Source: Enhydrobacter sp. (GTDB taxonomy: Bacteria > Pseudomonadota > Alphaproteobacteria > Reyranellales > Reyranellaceae). From it: DNA of 64,000 nucleotides. Made by a program: the position numbers and the translations under genes. The stretch lies in assembly GCA_026126105.1 (NCBI GenBank), contig JAHCJV010000005.1, forward strand, positions 46,418 through 110,417. The letters are read 5' to 3'. Under the pieces are notes generated by a model, which was given only the letters and a program-made list of their open reading frames with translations, was not told the origin of the DNA and did no database searches. The stretch's first letter is position 1; every line of letters begins with the position of its first letter. Shown one piece after another: positions 28,683 to 36,988 of the stretch.

Positions 28683-29873
28683 GTGTCGCGTCCCGAAGCT
28701 CCGCGTTCTGCTCCCGCCTTCGCGATCGCCTTGTTGTCGGTGGCGGCTTTCGCCTCAGCCGCCAACATGCGCGTGATCGACCCGCTGCTCGTCCAGCTCG
28801 GAATCGAGTTCGGCGTGACGGTGGGCGCCGCCTCCATCGCCGCCACGGCGTTCCTGCTTGCGAATGGCGTCTTCGTGCTGGTGCATGGACCGTTCGGCGA
28901 TCGCCACGGCAAGATGCCCGTGGTTGCCATCGCGTGCCTCGCCGCCGCCGTATGCTGCGCGCTGAGCGCTTTGGCGACCTCGCTCGGCGTGCTGTCGTTT
29001 GCGCGCTTCCTCACCGGCGTCACCAGCTCGGCCATCATCCCCCTCGCCATTGCCTGGCTCGGTGACAACGTCCCCTACGACAAGCGCCAGGCGACCCTGG
29101 CCCGGTTCCTGACCGGCCAGACGCTCGGCCTGATGACGGGTTCCGCCATGGGCGGAGCCCTGGGCGACTGGCTGGGCTGGCGGTCGGTCTTCTGGGTGCT
29201 GTCCGCGATCTATGTCGCCGCGGGTGCTGCGCTGTTCGCCGTGATGTGGGCACGACCCGAAATTGCCGGGCCCGGCGAACCCGCTGCCGGTTCCATGGTT
29301 ACCCAGATGCTGGGCGTGCTGAAGCGATCCTGGGCGCGTACGGTGATCATGGTCGTGGCGCTGGAGGGCGGTGTCTTCTGGGGCAGCTTCACCTTCGTGG
29401 GCGCCGATCTGCACGAACGCTTCGGGTTGAGCTTCGCTGCGGTCGGATTGGCGGTCGCGGCATTCGGTGCCGGCGGCTTTATCTATGTGACGCTGGCTCA
29501 CATCCTCGTCCGATTGCTGGGGGAGCGCGGCCTCGTGCTCTGGGGCGGCGGCGGGCTGGGACTTTCCTTTGCGGTCCTGGCCCTGGCCCCCAATGCAATC
29601 GTCGCATTCGCCGCGATCGTCGGCTGCGGTATCACCTTCTACATGCTGCACAATACGCTGCAGACCCACGGGACGCAGATGGCACCCGAGGCGCGCGGCT
29701 CGGCGCTGGCGCTGTTCGCCCTCTGCCTGTTCGTCGGGCAGGCGGTCGGCGTGCCGCTCGCCGCTCCGGTCGTCGATCGCTGGGGCGCCGTCCCCATTTT
29801 CTGGGGGGCCGCTCTTTTCCTGCCGGCGCTGGCTCTTTTCTTTGCCGTTTCTCTTCGCAAGCACCGCGCGTAA
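28683..29873 (+). CDS. MFS transporter
   Basis: About 12 hydrophobic segments, GPFGDRHGK motif, GWRSVF. Confidence 0.9.
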   Translation: MSRPEAPRSAPAFAIALLSVAAFASAANMRVIDPLLVQLGIEFGVTVGAASIAATAFLLANGVFVLVHGPFGDRHGKMPVVAIACLAAAVCCALSALATSLGVLSFARFLTGVTSSAIIPLAIAWLGDNVPYDKRQATLARFLTGQTLGLMTGSAMGGALGDWLGWRSVFWVLSAIYVAAGAALFAVMWARPEIAGPGEPAAGSMVTQMLGVLKRSWARTVIMVVALEGGVFWGSFTFVGADLHERFGLSFAAVGLAVAAFGAGGFIYVTLAHILVRLLGERGLVLWGGGGLGLSFAVLALAPNAIVAFAAIVGCGITFYMLHNTLQTHGTQMAPEARGSALALFALCLFVGQAVGVPLAAPVVDRWGAVPIFWGAALFLPALALFFAVSLRKHRA

Positions 29874-29929
29874 CCGTCGATACACTTCGTGTATTGACAG
29901 AATTCGGCTCCCATCGGTCTATCGCATCA

Positions 29930-30322
29930 ATGACCGATATCTCCTCCGATCTGAGGTTAGAACCCTGCGACGTGCTTGTCGTGGAGGACGAGCTCTCGCT
30001 GGCGGAGACGATCAGCCAATTCCTGGTGCGCGGCGGTTTGCGGGTCCGGACGGCGCATGGCGCCGCGTCGGCACTGCGGACGGCCAGCATTACGCCACCC
30101 CGCGTGGCCATCATCGATTATCAGATACCTGGCATGAACGGCTTGGACCTCGCTGCCAGACTTCGCACCGATCTGCCGATGCTTCAGACCATCCTGATGT
30201 CTGCCAACAACCTGCACTTCGATCGCGCGACTCTGGAGAAGGCAGGCGTGAAAGTGTTCGTCAACAAGCCAATGCCGCCGGGTCCGCTTCGGCAGGCCGT
30301 GATGCGCCTGCTCCAGGCCTGA
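29930..30322 (+). CDS. Orphan single-domain response regulator
   Basis: VLVVEDE, IIDYQIPGMNG, LMSA, FVNKP. Confidence 0.85.
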   Translation: MTDISSDLRLEPCDVLVVEDELSLAETISQFLVRGGLRVRTAHGAASALRTASITPPRVAIIDYQIPGMNGLDLAARLRTDLPMLQTILMSANNLHFDRATLEKAGVKVFVNKPMPPGPLRQAVMRLLQA

Positions 30323-30325
30323 TGC

Positions 30326-31306
30326 TCAGTTGGCCGGCGATACGCGGAACTGATAGGGCTCCTCGAGCGTCTTCGCGTCCTCCGTGGTGATTGTGAACTC
30401 GGTGGCCTTGGCGGCCGAGCTCAGCTGATCGAGGTCGGTGGCGCCGATGATCGGCGCGGCCATGTAAGGCTTGCTCAGCAGCCAGGCGAGCGCCGCCTGT
30501 GCCGGCGTGCAGTTCTTGCCGAGCGCGATCTTCTTGAGCCGATCGACGATCTCCCAGTCGCAATCGCGATAGGTGCCCGCCTGGACATTCGTGTCGTTCT
30601 GGGCACGCTCGGTGGCGCCGCCGCCTTCCTTGCTGCGGTTTCCGGCGAGGAAGCCGCGCGCCAGCGGCGAGTACGGGATGAGGCCGACGCCCTGCTCCTC
30701 GCACAACCGGTTCATCTCGCGCTCTTCCTCGCGCTGGATCATGTTGTACAGGTTCTGCATCGCAATCGGCCGGGAGTAACCCTTCCCGTCTGCGATCATG
30801 ATCATCTGCGCGAACTTGTAGGCCGGCATGGTCGAGCCGCCGATGTAGCGGACTTTGCCCGACCGTACGAGCTGATCGAGCGAGTACATCATCTCTTCGA
30901 TCGGCGTATACGGATCGAGGCGATGCACCTGATAGACGTCGATATAGTCCGTCTGAAGGCGCTTGAGCTGCTCGTCGACGGCAGCCATCAGATGCTTGCG
31001 GCCGGTGCCCTGGTCGTTCTGCGCCGCGCTCATGCGGATGCCGACCTTGGTCGACAGCACGATCTCCTCGCGCTTCACCATCTTCATGAGCGTGGCTCCC
31101 ATGATCTCCTCCGAGCGCCCCGCGTTGTAGGCGTCCGCCGTGTCGAAGAAGGTGATGCCGACATCGAGCGCGCGCCTGAAATAGGCGGGCGCCTCGGCCT
31201 CGTCGAACTTGCCCCAGCCGCGTCGGCCCTTGGCGCCCCACGAATTGCCGCCGAGGCAGATCCGGCTGACGATCAGGCCGGAGCGGCCGAGAGGTCCGTA
31301 CTTCAT
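30326..31306 (-). CDS. Aldo/keto reductase
   Basis: FFDTADAY, LSTKV, YIDVYQVHRLD, GKVRYIG, PYSPLARG. Confidence 0.95.
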   Translation of the reverse strand: MKYGPLGRSGLIVSRICLGGNSWGAKGRRGWGKFDEAEAPAYFRRALDVGITFFDTADAYNAGRSEEIMGATLMKMVKREEIVLSTKVGIRMSAAQNDQGTGRKHLMAAVDEQLKRLQTDYIDVYQVHRLDPYTPIEEMMYSLDQLVRSGKVRYIGGSTMPAYKFAQMIMIADGKGYSRPIAMQNLYNMIQREEEREMNRLCEEQGVGLIPYSPLARGFLAGNRSKEGGGATERAQNDTNVQAGTYRDCDWEIVDRLKKIALGKNCTPAQAALAWLLSKPYMAAPIIGATDLDQLSSAAKATEFTITTEDAKTLEEPYQFRVSPAN

Positions 31307-31353
31307 CTCAAACTCCCCTTGCTGGCGGCAGCTTAAGTTCCCACCTTGAGGGC

Positions 31354-31572
31354 ATGAAAGTCCTGATCGAATATTGCGGCGCCTGAGGCTACAAGCCGCA
31401 AGCCCTCCGTGTGAGGGAACGCCTTGAGAAGATGGGTGCGACCGACTTCGAGTTGCGCCCCGGTAGATCCGGCCAGTTCGACGTCACCGTCGACGGCGCC
31501 CTCAAATACACCCGCAGCAAGACCGGCCGCTTCCCGACCGATGCCGAGATCGACGATCTCATGCCCGATTGA
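31354..31572 (+). CDS. SelW/SelT/SelH (Rdx-family) selenoprotein; UGA at 31384-31386 read as Sec
   Basis: MKVLIEYCGA(UGA)GYKPQALRVRERLEKMGATDFELRPGRSGQFDVTVDGALKYTRSKTGRFPTDAEIDDLMPD; CxxU motif, GxFxV, GRFP; RBS GAGGG; SECIS-like hairpin. Confidence 0.85.
31399..31426 (+). promoter_or_regulatory. Putative bacterial SECIS element
   Basis: CCCTC-CGTGT-GAGGG hairpin (31403-31417), loop begins 21 nt after the UGA and contains GU; outer CAAG/CTTG pairing. Confidence 0.6.
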
Positions 31573-31575
31573 ACG

Positions 31576-32562
31576 TCAGGCGTAGATTTCTTTGTTCACG
31601 CAGTGGGCCACGATCGGCTTGCCGTCGAAAACCGACAGGATGTTCTCCATAACGGCGATCGCCATGCGATCGTTGGCTTCCTTGGTGACACCGGCCATGT
31701 GCGGACTGAAGATCACGTTCTCCAGCGCGAACAGTTTGTGCTTCGCGTCGGGGGGCTCGCGCTCGAGCACGTCCAGGCCTGCGCCGCGCAACCTGCCGCT
31801 GGTCAACGCGTTGTAAAGCGCCTCCTCATTCACGATGCCGCCACGCGCGGTGTTCACCAGAAACGCGCCGGTCTTCATCAGCCCGATCGTTTCGGCATTG
31901 AACATGTCGACCGTCTCCGGCGACTTCGGACAATGCACCGATACGAAATCGACCTTGGGCAGGATCGCCTTGAGGTCGGTCACCTTGGTGGCGCCGGCCG
32001 CCTTGATGTCGGCCTCGGAGATGTTCGGGTCGAGCACATAGGTGTCCATCTCGAATGCCACGCAGCGCTTGACCGTGCGCGAGCCGATGCGCCCCATCCC
32101 GACGACCAGGATCGACTTGCCGGCAAGGTCGGCGGGCTGGTCCGAAAGGCGCTCGTGCCAGGCATTCTCGCGCACGAAGCGGTCCATCTTGCGGGTGAGA
32201 CGCGCCGAGGCCAGGAGCATGTACATGGCGTGCTCGGCGACCGACACCGAATTGGCGATGCCCGTGGTCATGAGCGGGATCCTGCGCTTGCTGAGCGCCG
32301 GCACCTCGACCTGGTCGAAGCCGACGCCGAGACGCGCCACCACTTCCATGACCGGCGAGACATCGAGTTCGGCCTGCTTATAGGGCGTGCCGCCCAAGGT
32401 GACCGCATTGGCGTCCTTGAGCTTGGAATGGTACGAGGAAGCCACTTCAGCTAGCGGCAGAATTTCGAAATCGACATCGTCGCGCTTCTTGAGGACGTCC
32501 ATTCCCGCCTGCGGCATCCAGCCGACGATCAGCACTTTCTTGCGATTCTTGCCCGTGGTCAT
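31576..32562 (-). CDS. D-2-hydroxyacid/phosphoglycerate dehydrogenase-like protein
   Basis: RLGVGFD, SVAEHA, GMGRIG, VNTARGGIVNE, DVLEREP, SPHMAG. Confidence 0.92.
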   Translation of the reverse strand: MTTGKNRKKVLIVGWMPQAGMDVLKKRDDVDFEILPLAEVASSYHSKLKDANAVTLGGTPYKQAELDVSPVMEVVARLGVGFDQVEVPALSKRRIPLMTTGIANSVSVAEHAMYMLLASARLTRKMDRFVRENAWHERLSDQPADLAGKSILVVGMGRIGSRTVKRCVAFEMDTYVLDPNISEADIKAAGATKVTDLKAILPKVDFVSVHCPKSPETVDMFNAETIGLMKTGAFLVNTARGGIVNEEALYNALTSGRLRGAGLDVLEREPPDAKHKLFALENVIFSPHMAGVTKEANDRMAIAVMENILSVFDGKPIVAHCVNKEIYA

Positions 32563-32639
32563 CGTTCCCCCTGCCATTCGCCAACTACATATCATCGTAC
32601 CAAGGGGCAACGCGGCGCGCGACCCCGCGTTGACCGCCC

Positions 32640-33890
32640 ATGCAATTCCGCGACGCAATCGAGAAGGATGCCGAGGACCTGCGCACGCTGGCCGATTGGG
32701 CGGTGGCGGCCTCTGGATATCGTGAATTCGTGCCTCGTCCCATCGTGAGCGGTAACGATTGGCGAACCCAGGAATGGCAGCTTGATGCCGCCGCGATGAC
32801 GCTGCGTCGCACCTGGTTGGGTGTGGCGCATCGGTCGGGCGATTCAACGCTGAAAAGCCCGCGCGCCGGGCACATCGCCCATGTCGCCTGCGGCTCCCGC
32901 GTGACCTTCGGCTACGAGCGCGACATCGACGCCTCCCTGCTCGAGCAGCGCATGGGATACCTGCGCGTGCCGGCCGGCTGCTCGTCGGACCTCGTGCTGT
33001 TCCGCAGCGGACAGGCAGCCCTCGCCTGCCTCGTCCACTTCGCCGTCTCGCAGTGGGGGAAAGCCGATCCCCTCACCGTCGCGCATGCCGGCGCCTATTT
33101 CGAGACGGCAGCGCTGCTCTCGTCCTGGCCTGAGCGTCTGGTCAGGCAACTCGACGACGCTGGAGAGGCGGACATCGTCATCGCCGAACCGGTGTGGTGC
33201 GATGGACAGTTCGGATGCGGGCAGCGCCTGCCTAAGGCCCGCCGCGCGCTGATCCTGGATATCACCATGTCCGGACCGGCATACGATCTTGCGCCATACC
33301 TCGATGACTGCCCGTTGGTGATCGCCTACAGCTCCGGACTGAAGCTCGACCAAGCGGGCCTCGAGCTCGCCAATGCCGGCATCGTCCGCGTGCTGGCGCG
33401 CGAAGGCACGCAGGAGGTGGGAGCGGCGTTGCGCAAGCTGCGCGGGCTGACCGGGGGCGGCCTCACGCTCGACGAGCTGTCGGCCCTCTCCGCGCCGTGG
33501 TTCATGGATCGCGCTTATGCCGAGCGCTACACCGCGGCGATCTTCGCCAACAATCGCGCGCTCGCCGCGGCGATCGGCTCACAGTCCGCCGTCTTCGGCG
33601 CGCGCTGCCATCCGTCGCTCCTCGATCCCGCGGCAGAGGCTCCGTTCTGCGCGCTGACGCTCAACGAGCCCTCGGCCGAAGGATATCGGGCGCTCGAAGC
33701 GAAGATCGCCAGGGAGTGCGCGCGTCGGGGACTGCTCGCCGTCAAAGGCGGTTCGTTCGGCTTTCGCGGCCACCGCTTCGAGCTGATCGAGCCGGAAGGC
33801 GGTCGGTCCTTCCTGCGCGTGGCAATGGGCTGGCGCGACGGCTGGAGCCGGCAAGGCCTATGCGAGCTGTTTGCCGAGCTCGCCGCCTGA
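32640..33890 (+). CDS. Hypothetical protein; divergent fold-type I PLP-dependent enzyme (Cys/Met-metabolism-like)
   Basis: YER..FRSGQAAL..YFET..IAEP..ILDIT..YSSGLKL mirrors the YxR / FxSGMAA / Y / E / DxT / SxxK order of cystathionine gamma-lyase-type enzymes. Confidence 0.55.
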   Translation: MQFRDAIEKDAEDLRTLADWAVAASGYREFVPRPIVSGNDWRTQEWQLDAAAMTLRRTWLGVAHRSGDSTLKSPRAGHIAHVACGSRVTFGYERDIDASLLEQRMGYLRVPAGCSSDLVLFRSGQAALACLVHFAVSQWGKADPLTVAHAGAYFETAALLSSWPERLVRQLDDAGEADIVIAEPVWCDGQFGCGQRLPKARRALILDITMSGPAYDLAPYLDDCPLVIAYSSGLKLDQAGLELANAGIVRVLAREGTQEVGAALRKLRGLTGGGLTLDELSALSAPWFMDRAYAERYTAAIFANNRALAAAIGSQSAVFGARCHPSLLDPAAEAPFCALTLNEPSAEGYRALEAKIARECARRGLLAVKGGSFGFRGHRFELIEPEGGRSFLRVAMGWRDGWSRQGLCELFAELAA

Positions 33891-33931
33891 CGGCACCCCG
33901 CGGTCCTTGTTGGCTCAAGACGTACGAGATG

Positions 33932-34411
33932 CTACGGCAGATACGTCAACGGGAGCCGCGTCGTCGATTTGATCTCTTCCATGGCGAACATGGAGGTGAC
34001 GTCGCTCAGCTCGACCTTGGCAATCAGCCGTTTGTAGAAGGCGTCGTAGGCGTCGATATCCGGCAGCACGAGCCGGATGAGGTAGTCGATCTCCCCGCTC
34101 ATCCGATAGCAGTCCATCACCTCGGGAAAAGAGGCTATCGCCTTGGCGAAGCGGCCGAGCCATGCCGCGTTGTGCTGCGCCGTGCGCACCGCCACGAAAA
34201 CCGTGACGCCCGCATTCAACGCCCGGCGGTCAAGAAGCGCCACTTTGGCGCGTATGATGCCGCGCTCCTGCAGGCGATTGATGCGACGCCAACACGGCGT
34301 GGTCGACAGCCCGACACGCTTGGCAATCTCGGCCAGCGGCATGTCGGCGCTTTCCTGGAGGCAATCCAGAATCCTCCTGTCAAATGAATCCAGCGACGCT
34401 TTCGCGGCCAC
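33932..34411 (-). CDS. Lrp/AsnC regulator, DecR(YbaO)-like
   Basis: VGLSTTPCWRRI, YRMSGEIDYL, DIDAYDAFYKRLI, FAMEEIK. Confidence 0.9.
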   Translation of the reverse strand: MAAKASLDSFDRRILDCLQESADMPLAEIAKRVGLSTTPCWRRINRLQERGIIRAKVALLDRRALNAGVTVFVAVRTAQHNAAWLGRFAKAIASFPEVMDCYRMSGEIDYLIRLVLPDIDAYDAFYKRLIAKVELSDVTSMFAMEEIKSTTRLPLTYLP

Positions 34412-34501
34412 TCACGCATCCTTGGAACAGATTTCCTCAGATTTGCCCAATCAGTGGGAAGCAAGCAACCCATTTCCCGCCATATCGCCTAGGATCGCCA
34501 G

Positions 34502-34759
34502 ATGTTGCGCCGCTTCACCGACCACCCCGCCTCCGTGAACGAGACCTACCTCCAGCATATGGCCATGGCCTTCGGCTTCGGCGGGCACATGCTGGTGGGC
34601 AGCCTCGCCTGTTTCGTGCATGGGTTCTTTCCATGGCTGTGCCCGACTCGAGGCAGCGACACGATCCGCACACTGCATCGGCGCATGGTGACGCATCGCA
34701 CGACGCCTTCGGCGAAGTCGGTTCACGCCGATGGGGTAGCTGCCGCCGAGGCCAAGTAA
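34502..34759 (+). CDS. DUF6356-family small protein
   Basis: FTDHPASVNETYLQH, ACFVHGFFPWL. Confidence 0.75.
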   Translation: MLRRFTDHPASVNETYLQHMAMAFGFGGHMLVGSLACFVHGFFPWLCPTRGSDTIRTLHRRMVTHRTTPSAKSVHADGVAAAEAK

Positions 34760-34765
34760 ACGCTT

Positions 34766-34791
34766 GCAACCGGTCTGTCGCGACCCACGTT
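34766..34791 (+). promoter_or_regulatory. Possible EcfG-type promoter for the HPF-like gene
   Basis: GCAAC-N17-CGTT (one mismatch to GGAAC), 34 nt upstream of ATG 34826. Confidence 0.45.
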
Positions 34792-34825
34792 CAGTAGGTC
34801 AGCGACCGGAAACAAGGAGAGCACG

Positions 34826-35209
34826 ATGGAAACACCCCTGAAAATCAGCTTCCAGGGAGGCGATGCCAGCGAAGCTCTCAGCGGTCTCATCAGCGAGAAT
34901 GTCGACGCTCTCGAGAAGCTGCACGGCCGAATGACGGCTTGCCACGTGGTCGTACAAGTCCCGGACGGCCATCACCGTGCGCATCAGTTCAGCGTCAAGA
35001 TCCATCTCGCGCTGCCGGGCGGCATAGATGTCAATGTCGACCATGCGCCACAGGGCGACAATCACTTCGCCGACGCTCAGGCTGCGGTGCACGATGCTTT
35101 CCGCCGCGCCAAGCGCGTGCTCAGGGATCGTGCCCGCAAGCAGCGCGGCGAGGTGAAGACGCTGCATGAGCGCATCGAACGAACCATCGACCAGCCGCCC
35201 GATGCCTAG
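34826..35209 (+). CDS. HPF/RaiA-family ribosome-associated protein
   Basis: PLKISF..LEKLHGRMTACHVVV..FSVKIHLALPG..AVHDAFRRAKRVL. Confidence 0.8.
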   Translation: METPLKISFQGGDASEALSGLISENVDALEKLHGRMTACHVVVQVPDGHHRAHQFSVKIHLALPGGIDVNVDHAPQGDNHFADAQAAVHDAFRRAKRVLRDRARKQRGEVKTLHERIERTIDQPPDA

Positions 35210-35218
35210 CCGCGCCGG

Positions 35219-35818
35219 CTAGCGCCGAGCGACGCCCTTTTCGTCCAGTCGCTCGCGCAGCATCCCGATCCGGTCGCCACCCCAGAACAGCTCGCCGCCG
35301 AACTCGAACGTCGGAACACCGAAGACCCCGGCGGCTTCGGCTTCAGCGCGCAGGCGGTCGTGTTCGGCGCCGCCGTGTCCATCGAGAAACGTGGCGAACC
35401 CGGCAGGCGCGCCGGCTTCAATCAGCAGCGCCTCCACCGCAGCGACGTCTTCGGGATCGAGTTCCCGCCGCCAGAAGCGGTCGAACACGAAATCGTTGAA
35501 GCGCCGAAAACAGCCATGCTGCTGGGCGTACAGCATGCCGGTGTTGGCCGGCCGGGCATAGAACACCTTGGTTGGACCTTTCAGCACCAGCCCCTGCTTG
35601 TTGGCGAAGCGGCGTGCATCCATGGAGGCGTAGCGCACGCGCCGCCAGTGATGCGGATCGCGGTCAGCGACCGATTGCTGGAACGAAGCGATGTCGAGCG
35701 TGTACGGCCGCCACTCGAGCGTGATGTCGTAATCCTGCTCGAGTTCGTACGCCCACGCCTTCGCGACGAAGGCGTAAGGGCTTACGTAATCGCTCCATAG
35801 CCGAACGTCAGCGGGCAT
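35219..35818 (-). CDS. DsbA-like / 2-hydroxychromene-2-carboxylate isomerase family protein
   Basis: WSDYVSPYAF, MDARRFA, GVFGVPTF..ELFWGGDR. Confidence 0.85.
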   Translation of the reverse strand: MPADVRLWSDYVSPYAFVAKAWAYELEQDYDITLEWRPYTLDIASFQQSVADRDPHHWRRVRYASMDARRFANKQGLVLKGPTKVFYARPANTGMLYAQQHGCFRRFNDFVFDRFWRRELDPEDVAAVEALLIEAGAPAGFATFLDGHGGAEHDRLRAEAEAAGVFGVPTFEFGGELFWGGDRIGMLRERLDEKGVARR

Positions 35819-36983
35819 CCTTCGCCAACCTGGTTTCCACGACTCGCGACCACAGCGTGGCGCCGAGTGTGATGATCTCGTCGTTGAAATCGTACCCCGG
35901 ATTGTGGACCTCACAGCCTCCTTCGCCGCCGCCGTTGCCGATGTTGATGAAGGCTCCGGGCACCTTCTCGAGCATGTACGAGAAATCCTCGGAGGCCATC
36001 ACGTACGGCCCCTCGCGGTTCATGTTCTCGTCGCCCACGATCCCGGCCGCGACATCGGCGATAAACTTCACCGCATCCCTGTCGTTGACGAGCGGCGGGA
36101 AGACAACGCGCACGTCAGCCTTGGCGCTGCCGCCCAGCGTCCGGGCGATCCCCTCGGAGATCGTCTCGATGCGCTCCTTGACCAGAGCCATCGTCTCCTT
36201 GCGGAAAGCGCGGATCGTGCCGCGCAGCACCGCCTCTTGAGGGATAACGTTGTAGGCGTCACCGGCGTGCATCTGCGTCACCGAGATCACCGCTGAATCG
36301 AGCGGCGCGACATTGCGCGAGACCACGCTCTGCAGCGCCGAGATGATCTGAGTCGCGATGATGACCGGATCGATGCCGCTCTCCGGGCGTGCGCCGTGCG
36401 CACCCTTGCCGGTGATGTGGATGTCGAACAGCCCACCGCCTGCCATCTGGGGACCGGAGCGGATGGCGAACTTGCCGACGTCGAGCTTCGGCCGGTTGTG
36501 CATGCCGAATATCTGTTCGCAGGGAAACTTGTCGAACAGCCCGTCCTTGACCATCGCTTCGGCGCCGCCGCGGCCTTCCTCGGCTGGCTGGAAGATAAAA
36601 TGGACGGTGCCGTCGAAGTTGCGTGTCGCCGAAAGATACTTGGCCGCGCCCAGCAGCATCGTGGTGTGACCGTCGTGACCGCAGGCGTGCATGCGGCCCT
36701 GGTGCCGGCTGCGATGATTGAATGTATTGTGCTCGTCCATCGGCAGCGCATCCATGTCGGCGCGCAGGCCGATCGCCATCGGATTGTTGCCGACCCGGAT
36801 CGTGCCGACCACCCCCGTCTTGCCGATGCCGGTAGTGACCTCGACGCCCCATTCCTTGAGCTTCTCGGCCACGATGCGGCTAGTGCGCTCCTCCTCGAAG
36901 CCCAGCTCGGGATGGGCGTGGATGTCGCGGCGGATGGCGGTGAGTTCGGCCGATGCTGCAGCGATCTTGGGCTCGATATTCAT
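35808..36983 (-). CDS. M20 aminoacylase / hippurate hydrolase family
   Basis: IHAHPELGFEE, LRADMDALP, MHACGHDGHT, FQPAEEG, SEDFSYM. Confidence 0.95.
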   Translation of the reverse strand: MNIEPKIAAASAELTAIRRDIHAHPELGFEEERTSRIVAEKLKEWGVEVTTGIGKTGVVGTIRVGNNPMAIGLRADMDALPMDEHNTFNHRSRHQGRMHACGHDGHTTMLLGAAKYLSATRNFDGTVHFIFQPAEEGRGGAEAMVKDGLFDKFPCEQIFGMHNRPKLDVGKFAIRSGPQMAGGGLFDIHITGKGAHGARPESGIDPVIIATQIISALQSVVSRNVAPLDSAVISVTQMHAGDAYNVIPQEAVLRGTIRAFRKETMALVKERIETISEGIARTLGGSAKADVRVVFPPLVNDRDAVKFIADVAAGIVGDENMNREGPYVMASEDFSYMLEKVPGAFINIGNGGGEGGCEVHNPGYDFNDEIITLGATLWSRVVETRLAKDAR

Positions 36984-36988
36984 GGCAG

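Noticed and set aside
31354-31572. Reading the SelW-like ORF as a nonsense pseudogene
   Set aside because: The stop falls exactly on the redox Cys/Sec position, the downstream frame is intact and a SECIS-like hairpin follows; selenoprotein is preferred pending a sel-gene check
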